A DNA stretch of 62,836 nt, filler included, from Chrysochromulina tobinii (taxonomy: Eukaryota), in the NCBI GenBank assembly GCA_001275005.1. It is 6 parts of 6 records of this genome, joined end to end, with 100 filler letters (N's around TTAATTAATTAA, not from the genome) between each part and the next. Parts side by side here need not be neighbours in the genome. Positions count along the whole stretch, not along the records: positions 1 to 18,349 come from JWZX01000540.1; 5 more parts are not named here. One strand, given 5' to 3'. Of the stretch, positions 1-8,945 are shown in pieces. Positions within the stretch are counted from its first letter, which is position 1. Each line of letters begins with the position of its first letter. Made by a program: the position numbers and the translations under genes. Under the pieces are notes generated by a model. That model had not been told where the DNA came from and did not search any database. It saw only the letters and a program-made list of their open reading frames with translations.

Positions 1-816
1 GGCGCGCGCGCGACCCTCCTGAGCAGTGGCTGCTTCGCGCGTCGTGCCTTGCCGGTCACTCCCCTCCTTTTCTGTATTTGCGTGCTCCCGAACCAACGTG
101 AAGGTGACGTCGGGTGTTGATCACGGCATGGAACCAGATCTGGGTCTCCATACTCCGCGTCACGCGAATAAATGGTTGCCTCGTTTACCGGTCGGCTCCC
201 CCCGGTGAGCGGCAATGGCACAGACGCACGTGAAGATCTCCTAGAACTGTATAGAAGCGCCCCCGTTACGGCGCCCGTCGCCGAGGAGGTGCCGCCCCGG
301 ATTAGAGGTCTGCCTATGAGTATGACCCGTGTCTTTGAAGACCCTTTGAAGACGGAGGCAAGATGGGGGCGGAGGCCAGGCCAGAGGCAGGCTAGAGGCA
401 GGCGGGTGGCGGGTTCGGCGGTGAGAGCGTTGAGTGGCTGCCATAAATTCGAGCCATAAATCCGTCAACAAATCCTGTATCCTGGGACATCTTTACTGGG
501 ACTTCGGCAACTAAGTGACTTCGCACTTCCAGACCGGCCGCTCCGACCTCCGTGAGGTCCGTGTGCGTCGGCGGAACGAAACGCGACGCGACACCGGCGT
601 CGTGCGACCGTCCCTCGAACGAATACCAACGACGAACGAGCTCAACGAGCCTCGAGAAACGCGACAGTGTCCACGCCATGCGGTGGTGCACTCACACATA
701 CATGCTCCATCTGACCATCTCGCTCATCCAACTCGATACATGTCATGTACGAAAATCCACAAACACACCCGCTCACCGCACGGCATGGGGCAACGACACG
801 CAGACCGTACAGACCG

Positions 817-1851
817 TCAGGTGAGAGGTGTTGGCACCACACCCCGAGAGTGCAGAGACAGGGTGGTGCCTTTAGAGGCGCGGCGCGCGACCCCCGATCG
901 GGGGGAGCGCGGCGAGCGCGCGTCTCTCAACCGAAGTTGCTCAGCCAAAGATACCGCCGCTGATGGAGGAGGCATTTGGGTCGCGCTGTGCGTGGAACTG
1001 GGCCCCATACTGCCCCCCCCCCCGGACGTCATCGGGAACGCCGCGCCGAAGCCCGAGTTGCCGTCCTTGAACGCGTCGGCCACCTCCCAGGGCTGTGGAC
1101 CTCTCTTGTGCGCCGTCACGCCCTCTGCGCGATTGTCCTTGAAGTTGTCCACGATGTCCCAAGGCTTCGACTTCGGCGGCGTGGCGCTGCGTGCGGCGCG
1201 AACCTTGAAAGGGTCCTCAAACTGCTGCGAGGGCAAGAAGTTGCCATTCTCGCCGCGCGCGCGGTGGCCGGCGGTTCCGTTCGCCTGCGGCACCGGGATC
1301 GGCTTCGCCTTGCCGCTCGCCACTTCTTGCCGCCAGAGGACCAATTCGCGCTCCGCTTCCTTGGCGCTCAGGCCGTGCTGTTCCATGAGGAGCTGGCGGA
1401 TGGTCTGCTCGTGCTGGCGCTGCACGGCCGCCTCGAGCTGAGTCTGCATCGCCGTATTCGTCGCGCCGTTCGACGTCGTGTACATGTCCTGTTTCCGGTG
1501 CTGCCGATTCTGTGGGGCTGTGTCATCGCCAAACACGACGCCGCCGTCGTCCATCATGCCCCCGTCCGGGTGCCGCTTCACGTACGCCCGGTGCCCCTTG
1601 CGCTGCCGTGCAGAGTTCTGGCGCTCGGAATCGCGAGCCTCGGCCTGCTCAACGCGCGAAAGGAAGTCAAGGTTTCCTCCTCCGCCGTATCCGCCGCCGC
1701 CGCCGTGCGGAAGCACCTCGTAGGGATTGTCGACGATGCGCTGGCCGTATGTCTGGGGCTCGCGACCAAAGAGGCCGCCCTCGACGGCGGACATGTTGGC
1801 GATCGAGGGCTTGTTGGCCTTCGGTCTCATGCGCACTTGGCCGAGCGACAT
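817..1851 (-). CDS. Hypothetical hydrophilic low-complexity protein
   Basis: Long ORF with G/C third-position bias; likely ATG at 1851 (MSLGQVRMRPK). Internal repeat PWDIVDNFKD/PWEVADAFKD. No domain recognised. Confidence 0.55.
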   Translation of the reverse strand: MSLGQVRMRPKANKPSIANMSAVEGGLFGREPQTYGQRIVDNPYEVLPHGGGGGYGGGGNLDFLSRVEQAEARDSERQNSARQRKGHRAYVKRHPDGGMMDDGGVVFGDDTAPQNRQHRKQDMYTTSNGATNTAMQTQLEAAVQRQHEQTIRQLLMEQHGLSAKEAERELVLWRQEVASGKAKPIPVPQANGTAGHRARGENGNFLPSQQFEDPFKVRAARSATPPKSKPWDIVDNFKDNRAEGVTAHKRGPQPWEVADAFKDGNSGFGAAFPMTSGGGGSMGPSSTHSATQMPPPSAAVSLAEQLRLRDARSPRSPRSGVARRASKGTTLSLHSRGVVPTPLT

Positions 1852-2121
1852 GGCTTTGCCAAACGAGAGGTGCTCGGATCTTGGCGTTCGGATGGATGGC
1901 CTGATGACGAGCACAATCATTCGTTAGATCATTCAAGGAGATCCTATGCACACATTTCACAGCCAGTGATTATAATTTCACACACCTCGTAAAGTGAGAA
2001 GTTCCCTTCTCATCATCTGCACATACATCGCTCCTCCCGCTCGCCGGCTGTTTTTCAGAGGCCAGAGCGGGCCACGGAGCGTACGCAGGGCGGGCCACGG
2101 AGCGTACCCGCCGCGCGAGTA

Positions 2122-3087
2122 ATGTATACGAGAACGTACGCGACGTTCACGGTCGACTTTGAATGGGACACGAGCTGGCCGCTCTATATCCTCTACCCGC
2201 TCTCGATCATCTTCTTCACTTCCTTTTATTTTCTCGGCCCGCGCATCTGGCCAAAGACACCAATTGCTGCACATTATGAGCGATGGTCAGTGCTCAACAA
2301 AGCGTGCTGGCGCCAAAACTGCTGCGCAATGGTGCACGCTGTGGGCGTCACGGTGCTGCTCGTCGCGGCCATCTTCTCCGACCCTGCGCTGCGCGGAAAC
2401 CGGCCGCTGCACACGTACCACAACCTGGTCGGCTACGTGGCGCTGTGCTTTTCGCTCGGCTACTTCAGCTTTGTCATCCCGTGGACGTATCACCTCTACT
2501 TTTGCAAAGGCGAGCGCCACGCGACCAACCTGCCGCTCGTCATCCACCATGGCGTCGTCTGGTTCGGCTCCTTGACGTACATCATCGGCCGCACGTGCTC
2601 GCTGTACGGCGCGGTCGCGTTTGCATGCATGGAATTCACGAACTGGTTCTTCATCATCCACGTCAATCTCCAGATGCTGCGCAGCAAGCGGCGCATCCTC
2701 CGGCAGGTCAACTACGTCCTGCTCGTGCTCGCCTTTGCTGTGTGCCGCCTCGGCATCTGCACGTGGATGGGAGTCCTCTTCTTCCAGGACTTGCTCCAAT
2801 TCGAGTCGGACGCGCCATTCGAGTGGGCCCTCATCATCATCCAGGCGATGATCTTCGCGTTCGTGTGGCTGCTCAGCTGGTTCTTTGTGTACACGGAGCT
2901 CAAGACCATGCTCCAGCCGCTCATCAAGCAGAAGCTCACCCAGTGGGGCATGGTCAGCCCCAAGCCGGACCAGAGCAAAGCCAAAGGGGTCAAGCCCAGC
3001 GTTCAGCCCCGGACCAGGCAGCCGGGGAAACCAGTGGCTGTGGCGTCGGCGAGCAAACCAGCGACACAATCAGCCGAGAATGTTTGA
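2122..3087 (+). CDS. TLC (TRAM/LAG1/CLN8) domain multi-pass membrane protein
   Basis: Several hydrophobic helices with TLC-type motifs: AMVHA, SLGYF, VIHH, MEFTNWF, FAVCRL. Confidence 0.75.
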   Translation: MYTRTYATFTVDFEWDTSWPLYILYPLSIIFFTSFYFLGPRIWPKTPIAAHYERWSVLNKACWRQNCCAMVHAVGVTVLLVAAIFSDPALRGNRPLHTYHNLVGYVALCFSLGYFSFVIPWTYHLYFCKGERHATNLPLVIHHGVVWFGSLTYIIGRTCSLYGAVAFACMEFTNWFFIIHVNLQMLRSKRRILRQVNYVLLVLAFAVCRLGICTWMGVLFFQDLLQFESDAPFEWALIIIQAMIFAFVWLLSWFFVYTELKTMLQPLIKQKLTQWGMVSPKPDQSKAKGVKPSVQPRTRQPGKPVAVASASKPATQSAENV

Positions 3088-3299
3088 CAGTATAGGCAAA
3101 CCGGGTCGTAACTTGACGTTTCGATTGTTGAGCTTTGCGTCAACGTGTGAGAAAATTGAGCAAGATTCGTTCACACGACTCACGAGAACGGCCTCGTGGG
3201 TTCACGTCGTTGTGCGGAAGGAAGAACGCCAAACACGCCCTCTCCGCGTCACGGCCCCAACATTGCCATCTGCCCGATCAACCGATCACCTCCTTTGCA

Positions 3300-4475
3300 A
3301 TGAACATACCAACAGTGTGTGCGACGCCATTTGACGTTGTGGTCATCGGAGCGGGCATCTCCGGCCTCGTGGCTGCCAGCGCTTTATTACCACGCGTTCC
3401 TCGCGTGCTGGTGCTGGAGGTGCGCAACCGCGTTGGTGGCCGACTGTACAGCACACAAGATGGCATGGACCTGGGTGCCTCTTGGTGGTGGTCTCACGAT
3501 ACGTCTGCAGCGAAGCTGGCGCAGAAACTTGGCGTGGCATCTGTGCCACAGCACGTTGGCGGAAACGCCTGGCTCCATCGCGGCCAGCAGGCGCAGCGTG
3601 TGGGAGAAGTCGGAGACCAGATTGTTCCCTCTGGGCCTGGTTCCAAGCGTTTTGTGGGCGGGTACGCAGAGCTGCCCAGACGGCTCGCCGATTCGTTACC
3701 AGATGGTACGGTGCAGCTTGGGGTGCGAGTCGTCTCGCTAGAGCAGCAGGACGGTGGCGGCAGCACGCCTCAGGCCATCATCCGCGTCGGGATAGAGGGA
3801 CGCGAGGCCATCATGGCTCGCCGTGTGATCCTTGCCATCCCGCCGCGCCTCGCGAGCCGCATATCTTACTCGCCAGCGCTGCCCGCGGCTACACAGCGCC
3901 GCCTCGAGTCGACGGCGGCTTGGTGCGGCGACTGGTCCAAGGTGGTCGCCACGTTCAAGACGCCCTTTTGGCGCCAACTGGGTGACTCGGGTGTTGCCTC
4001 CACACCAAACGGTCTTGTCGAGGTTTGGTGGGAAGCAAGTGGTGGTGAGGCGACGAGCGAGGCCACGGCGTCGCTAGCGGGGCTCGCATTCGGCCAAGCA
4101 GGCGCGGCACGGCTCGGTCCTTTTGACTCGGGGCAGGCTGCAACCGCCGATGGCGCTGCTGCTCTCCGCTCAAAGGTGATCTCAGCTCTGGGGGCACTTT
4201 ATGGCGAGGAGCTCGTGCGTGAGCAGCTCCTGACTGTCGCTGTGAAGGTGTGGATGGTTGACCCCGATACTTACGCCCCATCACCTGACGGCATCGAGCC
4301 GCCCGGCGACCCGCGCTCCACGTATGGTCATCCGAACCTTCGAACGCCCACGACGTGGGGCGTGCACTTTGCTGGCACAGAGAGCGAGGCTCATTCTGGG
4401 CATGTGGCGGGCGCTATCTTGGCAGGCGAGCGGGCTGCCAGGGAGGTCGTCAGTGCTCTTGAGGCGCAGAGGTAG
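3300..4475 (+). CDS. Flavin-containing amine oxidase family protein
   Basis: DVVVIGAGISGL dinucleotide-binding motif, LEVRNRVGGR, DLGASW, C-terminal HFAGTE...GHVAGAILAGERAA. ATG at 3300. Confidence 0.9.
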   Translation: MNIPTVCATPFDVVVIGAGISGLVAASALLPRVPRVLVLEVRNRVGGRLYSTQDGMDLGASWWWSHDTSAAKLAQKLGVASVPQHVGGNAWLHRGQQAQRVGEVGDQIVPSGPGSKRFVGGYAELPRRLADSLPDGTVQLGVRVVSLEQQDGGGSTPQAIIRVGIEGREAIMARRVILAIPPRLASRISYSPALPAATQRRLESTAAWCGDWSKVVATFKTPFWRQLGDSGVASTPNGLVEVWWEASGGEATSEATASLAGLAFGQAGAARLGPFDSGQAATADGAAALRSKVISALGALYGEELVREQLLTVAVKVWMVDPDTYAPSPDGIEPPGDPRSTYGHPNLRTPTTWGVHFAGTESEAHSGHVAGAILAGERAAREVVSALEAQR

Positions 4476-4612
4476 GCACCCGCCACCCTGGCCATCCCCT
4501 CGCGCGCGTTGTCGCAGAAACGCTGTGAGCATATTGGACCGGATGCCACGCACCTGCCCAAGGTGGCGCACGTCAACCCCTCACCCCCCACCCCCTCTCT
4601 ACCTAGAGACGT

Positions 4613-5035
4613 TTGTCTTTTGTCTCACCGGACCGTACCTAACGCGGCGGGCGCCTCTTCGGCTACCCGCCCTACGAGCGGCCCACCCACGTATACGTAA
4701 CGCGCCTAGATACGGCCCGGGGTTCAGCATGATGACGCACCCGCATACACCCCTAACCCTGGCCCCCTCCCTATTGACGCATCGAACCCCCCACACCGTA
4801 TGGAAAGTCGGGAGGGAAAGGGGCGTGGCGCCACTGGTACCTGGGGATACGATTAATGTCAAATGTGAGAATCATGTGACATCTGACATGCACATCATGA
4901 CCCTTCTCCCTTGACCGAAACAATGCGAAATGATTAGGGAAATGGCACGATATACCACAGGATTTTCGGTCGCGGGGTTCATATCTCGTATGCGCGTATG
5001 ACCCGCCCCCGGGTGGGGGGGCATCGCACCGTTCC
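4613..5035 (-). repeat. Structured dispersed repeat, copy 1 (homologous to 32415-32750)
   Basis: Collinear blocks shared with copy 2: TTTTGTCTCAC, CCGGACCGTACCTAACG, CCTACGAGCGGCCC, TACGGCCCGGGGTTCA, ATCGAACCCCC, GGATTTTC, CCCGCCCCCGG.TGGGGGGGC.TCGC.CCGT. Confidence 0.75.
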
Positions 5036-5052
5036 CCCCTCTTCCTAGTTCC

Positions 5053-5277
5053 AAGTTCAAGTTACTTCATAAACAACAGACAACCTAACGGAAGCCTATC
5101 GAATGTGCTCTCTAAGCTAGCAGTGGGGGTGAGAGTCGTCGGAGATGGTGAGACACAACGGAAGGAGTACGAACGGGAAGGAGACCAGGAGGAGACACGC
5201 CACAGGGTGCTAGCCTGCGTGCCCTCGAGTACAGGTAGAGATCGAAGAGAAACTTGAACTTGAACTTGAACTTGAAC
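5053..5277 (+). mobile_element. Short insertion with (AACTTG)n end and 10-bp flanking direct repeat
   Basis: TCCTAGTTCC at 5043-5052 and 5278-5287; insert ends in tandem AACTTG and begins with the reverse complement AAGTTCAAGTT. Confidence 0.6.
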
Positions 5278-5376
5278 TCCTAGTTCCCGCCCCGTCATCC
5301 AAATTCCAAAACTCCGCACGACTTCTCAGCGTGATAGCTCTGGTGCCGGCACACGCCACGCCGCCAGTGGAACACA

Positions 5377-6342
5377 ATGACGGAAGAGACGAAATTTGAA
5401 GTGCGTCCGGAGCTACTCACAGCATCGCCGTGGACAGAAGAAGACGGCATCATCCGCGAGTTTTTCTTCTTGAACGAGGAGTTTCACGCACGCGATATGG
5501 AGATCTGGGATTTCAGAAACGAGCCAAGCAACGCTTGTCTCGGTTTGCCTCCGTGCTGTTGGGTACTGATGCCAATCTGCGTGCCGATCTGCTATATGTG
5601 GCAGCCCTACACACGCAAGATGTACAGCGAGAACCAGATCGAGAACCTGTGGGCTCGCCGACTAGCCCTCACCAAGGACGGCATCCAGTATAGAATGCTA
5701 CGCCGGAAGCCCGTCACCTTCGACCAGGCACATCCGTGCGCTATCTGGTGCTGCGCCATCGGGCGCTTTCCGGATCAAGAGATCGGCGCGACATCCAAGG
5801 TGATCCCCTACGATCGCGTGCAGGATGTGCGCACTGACCTGGCTGCAGGAGGTACGAGGCGGATCGTGCAGGTTGGCGGCTGCTGTCCGTACGAGTGTGG
5901 CGAGGTCATCCCCGACGTCGGCGCCTCTTGCGAGGTGGACACGGCGGGGTCCGGCTCGGAGCTCGTGCTCTCGGGCCTCGTCAACCCGGCCGAATTCCGT
6001 GCGTGTGTCATCGCCCTCAAGCACGGGCGCGACCTACCTCCCGTCGGCCCGGGCTCGAGAGAAGGGACGTACAATGCGTCGGCCATCCACCCGGCGGCGA
6101 CGCACTCGATGCTCGGTGCAAGCGTCCAAGGGGCGGCCGCTCCGGTGGCGGTGGTCGCCGGCTTCGGGAGCGGGCTGTTCGGAGGCGGCAGCGGAAGGGA
6201 GAGCTGGCTGGCACCGACGAATCAGGTGATGCAGCCGGGTGCGGGAGATTACCGCGAGATGGTGACCGTCCTGCGCTCGGTCGACCAGAAGCTCGGGCAG
6301 CTGCTGATGCTTGCCGAGAAGCACGCGAAGCAACATCTGTAG
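5377..6342 (+). CDS. Cys-rich membrane-associated protein with a possible bacterial-PH-like (bPH_2) segment
   Basis: 321-aa ORF; hydrophobic Cys-rich segment (CLGLPPCCWVLMPICVPIC), then RLALTKDGIQY...KVIPYDRVQDV, which resembles bPH_2-type motifs. Confidence 0.6.
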   Translation: MTEETKFEVRPELLTASPWTEEDGIIREFFFLNEEFHARDMEIWDFRNEPSNACLGLPPCCWVLMPICVPICYMWQPYTRKMYSENQIENLWARRLALTKDGIQYRMLRRKPVTFDQAHPCAIWCCAIGRFPDQEIGATSKVIPYDRVQDVRTDLAAGGTRRIVQVGGCCPYECGEVIPDVGASCEVDTAGSGSELVLSGLVNPAEFRACVIALKHGRDLPPVGPGSREGTYNASAIHPAATHSMLGASVQGAAAPVAVVAGFGSGLFGGGSGRESWLAPTNQVMQPGAGDYREMVTVLRSVDQKLGQLLMLAEKHAKQHL

Positions 6343-7142
6343 TGCCCATCGCGACCAGAGGGGTCTGATGAGAGGCGCGGGTAACGGCCCGGTGTCCGGA
6401 ACGGTTCTTCTCTATAGTGTATAGTCTCTTGCACAATATATGGGGCAAATTCAAACGGGGCGGCGGGGCGTGGGCTTATCATGGATGTCGCGTGTTATGT
6501 CGCGTATAATATTACGTGTCAGAGGTTTGGTAGAGCGAAGACGCTCCACCGCACCGCGCGGGCCGCCATTCCCGATTCCGCGCGCGAGACGCGTGCGCAT
6601 TCCGCGCGAGAGACCGGACGCGTGCGCCCCGCGCGAAGTTCGCCTTCGCACCGAGTGACATCAGTACGGTGCAGACTCGTGCACCGGTACTACGCACACT
6701 AGAGACTAGTCGACTACACTTCGCTTATCCCCTTCCCGTAGAATATGGAATATCCTTCGCTCCGCACCCGTCCCCGCGGCCGAACCATTGCCCCGAACGA
6801 CTAATCCATGACGACTACTAAGTGACTACACACGCTCAACGAACCCCTAGAACCTATACACCTGGAAGCCACGCCCCTCGTCGTCAACACCTATATCTAT
6901 TCCGAGTACGTTAGGCGGCCGATTGTTCACAGCCAAGTCACACCACGTCGCCTCCGACAGTGGGAACTCACACACCCGCCTCATTGTAAGCTCACACACC
7001 CGCCTGTCGCGTTGCCTGCCGTAAAGTCTGTGTCTCATTTTTGCCTCTATCGGACGGGCTTGCCGGATCGGCTGCCAATCTCATGGCCACTCTCAGGCAA
7101 TTGCGTGTGGACGGCGAGCTTCACGCCGCCATGCATCCAGCC

Positions 7143-7850
7143 TCACGTCACCGTTGTCACCGTCGTCACCGTCGTCACCGTCGTCACCGTCGTCACCGTG
7201 GGCCCTGCAGTGGGCCGCCCCAGCGGTGCCTGTTGTGCCGAGCGTTGTGCCGAGCGCCAAGCGACGCGCGACGAGCGAATGGCCCAAGGAGCGCTTTGGC
7301 TTGGGGGCTCCCGGCTCAGCTCTGCCACTGCGGCCTGGAGTGCCTCCTCTGTGAGGACTTCTTTCTTGCAGAGCGGGCAGCTTGAAGCGCCGTAGTCGAG
7401 CTCTCGACGGATCAGCCACCGGTCGATGCACGCGAAATGAAACTTGTGGCCGCACGGGAGCTCGCGCAGCTCATCGCCAGCTGCAAGGGTGCAGAGGCAG
7501 ATTGCGCACTCGTCCTCCCCACTGGCGGTGCATGTCGGAAGCCGGCGGACAGCAAGCTCCACTGAGCGGGAGCGCTCTGTTGCTTTATTCGCGCGCATGG
7601 CTGCCGCCCTGCGTTCACGCAGGCGCGCCTCGAAACAAACGGCCATAGTACAGGTGAATGCAGACAACCAAGCGACGATCAAAATACACTCGTATGGTAA
7701 CCACCACTGCTGCGGCATGCAGCCGTGCAAGTCGCCGTGCAAGTCGTCGGAGGTGCTTGCGTTTCTCGTCACGTTTGCACTTCCATGTGTGTCAAGGGGT
7801 TGCACCGACGCACATGGCAGTGCAAATGTGACCGTTAAAGAGAGCAACAC
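7143..7850 (-). CDS. Membrane-anchored RING-H2 E3 ubiquitin ligase (ATL/RNF-like); start uncertain
   Basis: CAICLC...LPCGHKFHFACIDRWL...CPLCK RING-H2 after a TM helix; C-terminus is a 9-bp (VTT)n repeat at about 7145-7200. Confidence 0.85.
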   Translation of the reverse strand: MLLSLTVTFALPCASVQPLDTHGSANVTRNASTSDDLHGDLHGCMPQQWWLPYECILIVAWLSAFTCTMAVCFEARLRERRAAAMRANKATERSRSVELAVRRLPTCTASGEDECAICLCTLAAGDELRELPCGHKFHFACIDRWLIRRELDYGASSCPLCKKEVLTEEALQAAVAELSREPPSQSAPWAIRSSRVAWRSAQRSAQQAPLGRPTAGPTVTTVTTVTTVTTVTTVT

Positions 7851-8118
7851 GGTGTTGAAGGGGTTGCAGACCTGCGCTCGTACATGGCGAGAAAGGGAAC
7901 ACGTGAGGATGATGGGCAGTTCCGTGCACCAGGCGGATCATCTCACCACCATAAGTGCCCAGTGTCTCCAGGTAGCCCTCGGGTCGAGTAAATTTGCGAG
8001 GTCTCGGCGTCCGTCCGCGGTGTGGTCTCCACAGGTCTCCACACACACGCGGCGCCCCGGTCCCTTTCTTATCACGTCGCTACCGGTTCAAAGACACCGG
8101 GGGGAGCCGGGACACCGC

Positions 8119-8235
8119 AGCTTCCTCACACACCACGTCGCCAACATCTCCACCGCCATCCAAACCGCCGACGCCCAGACCATCCTCAACGCCGCCAGCG
8201 CGCGCATGCTACGCGTCTCGTTTGGGGTCATGTAA
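8119..8235 (+). pseudogene. Possible C-terminal fragment of a non-LTR retrotransposon ORF
   Basis: SFLTHHVANISTAIQTADAQTILNAAS resembles, from memory, the terminal helix of REL-endonuclease non-LTR ORFs. Isolated coding-like patch in intergenic DNA. Confidence 0.3.
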
Positions 8236-8559
8236 GGTGTGTGTATTCTGAGCGGGCAATAACAGTGCCGTAGCACCGGCTGTCGCGTCTGTCGTGTTAA
8301 CGTTCACAAGTCGAAAATCGGGCTCCACCGCAAATTCCTATCGTTTCGCGCACGCGCTAATTTCACGCTGGCGGTTAATCTCTGAGGCTTCCCTCCCGGT
8401 ATTCAGACGAAACCGGGGGTGGGGAAGAATTTGTTTTTAGATTTGCTATTTTTTAGCTTATTTAGCGACAGCTACCCCCGGTGTTTTTGAACCGTGTTGA
8501 CGGTCCAATTCCTATAGTTCAGCACATTCACGGGAGCCGCGTCTCTTGTGAGGGACAAG

Positions 8560-8610
8560 ACAGCCGCGTGACTTTGGACTGCCGCGTGACGCCCAAAGTC
8601 ACGCGGCTGT
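8560..8610. repeat. Perfect 18-bp inverted repeat
   Basis: ACAGCCGCGTGACTTTGG (8560-8577) and CCAAAGTCACGCGGCTGT (8593-8610); the 15-nt loop holds a third GCCGCGTGAC. Confidence 0.85.
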
Positions 8611-8739
8611 GAACTCAACTAGTACTTGAAATTGTCGATCACATGGTACGGTATCCATTATGGAACCAGATCGGGGGGGTACGGAGAGCCCTGGGTATGG
8701 GGTATCTCCGCTCTCGCGTCTCGTGCGCACTGTCGTGTT

Positions 8740-8809
8740 GTTGTTGTTGTTGTGTCCTTGTGTCCCACCCTGGTCCCTTCCCTGGGGGTTTCTGAGGCAT
8801 TGGGGGGAC
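8740..8809 (-). mobile_element. Tiny retroposon-like insertion with (CAA)n tail and 8-bp TSD
   Basis: GTCGTGTT at 8732-8739 and 8810-8817 flanks an insert starting with (GTT)n on +, i.e. ending in (CAA)n on -. Confidence 0.55.
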
Positions 8810-8945
8810 GTCGTGTTCGTTAACACTATACATCCCAACCGAGCCCAACGAACTGTGAAGTTTTCACGGCTGTGCTGCTTACGTGTTGTGTGTATTAATT
8901 AATGAAGCTGAGCCCAACGCACGCGACCAAGTTTACACGTTCCAC

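Noticed and set aside
392..520. GFVDGF as a degenerate RT YxDD motif
   Set aside because: Too short, and no other RT motifs nearby.
4613..4800. SECIS, C/D snoRNA, twister or hammerhead identity for the structured repeat
   Set aside because: The upstream genes have no in-frame UGA, and I could not place a complete box C/D pair or ribozyme core in both copies.
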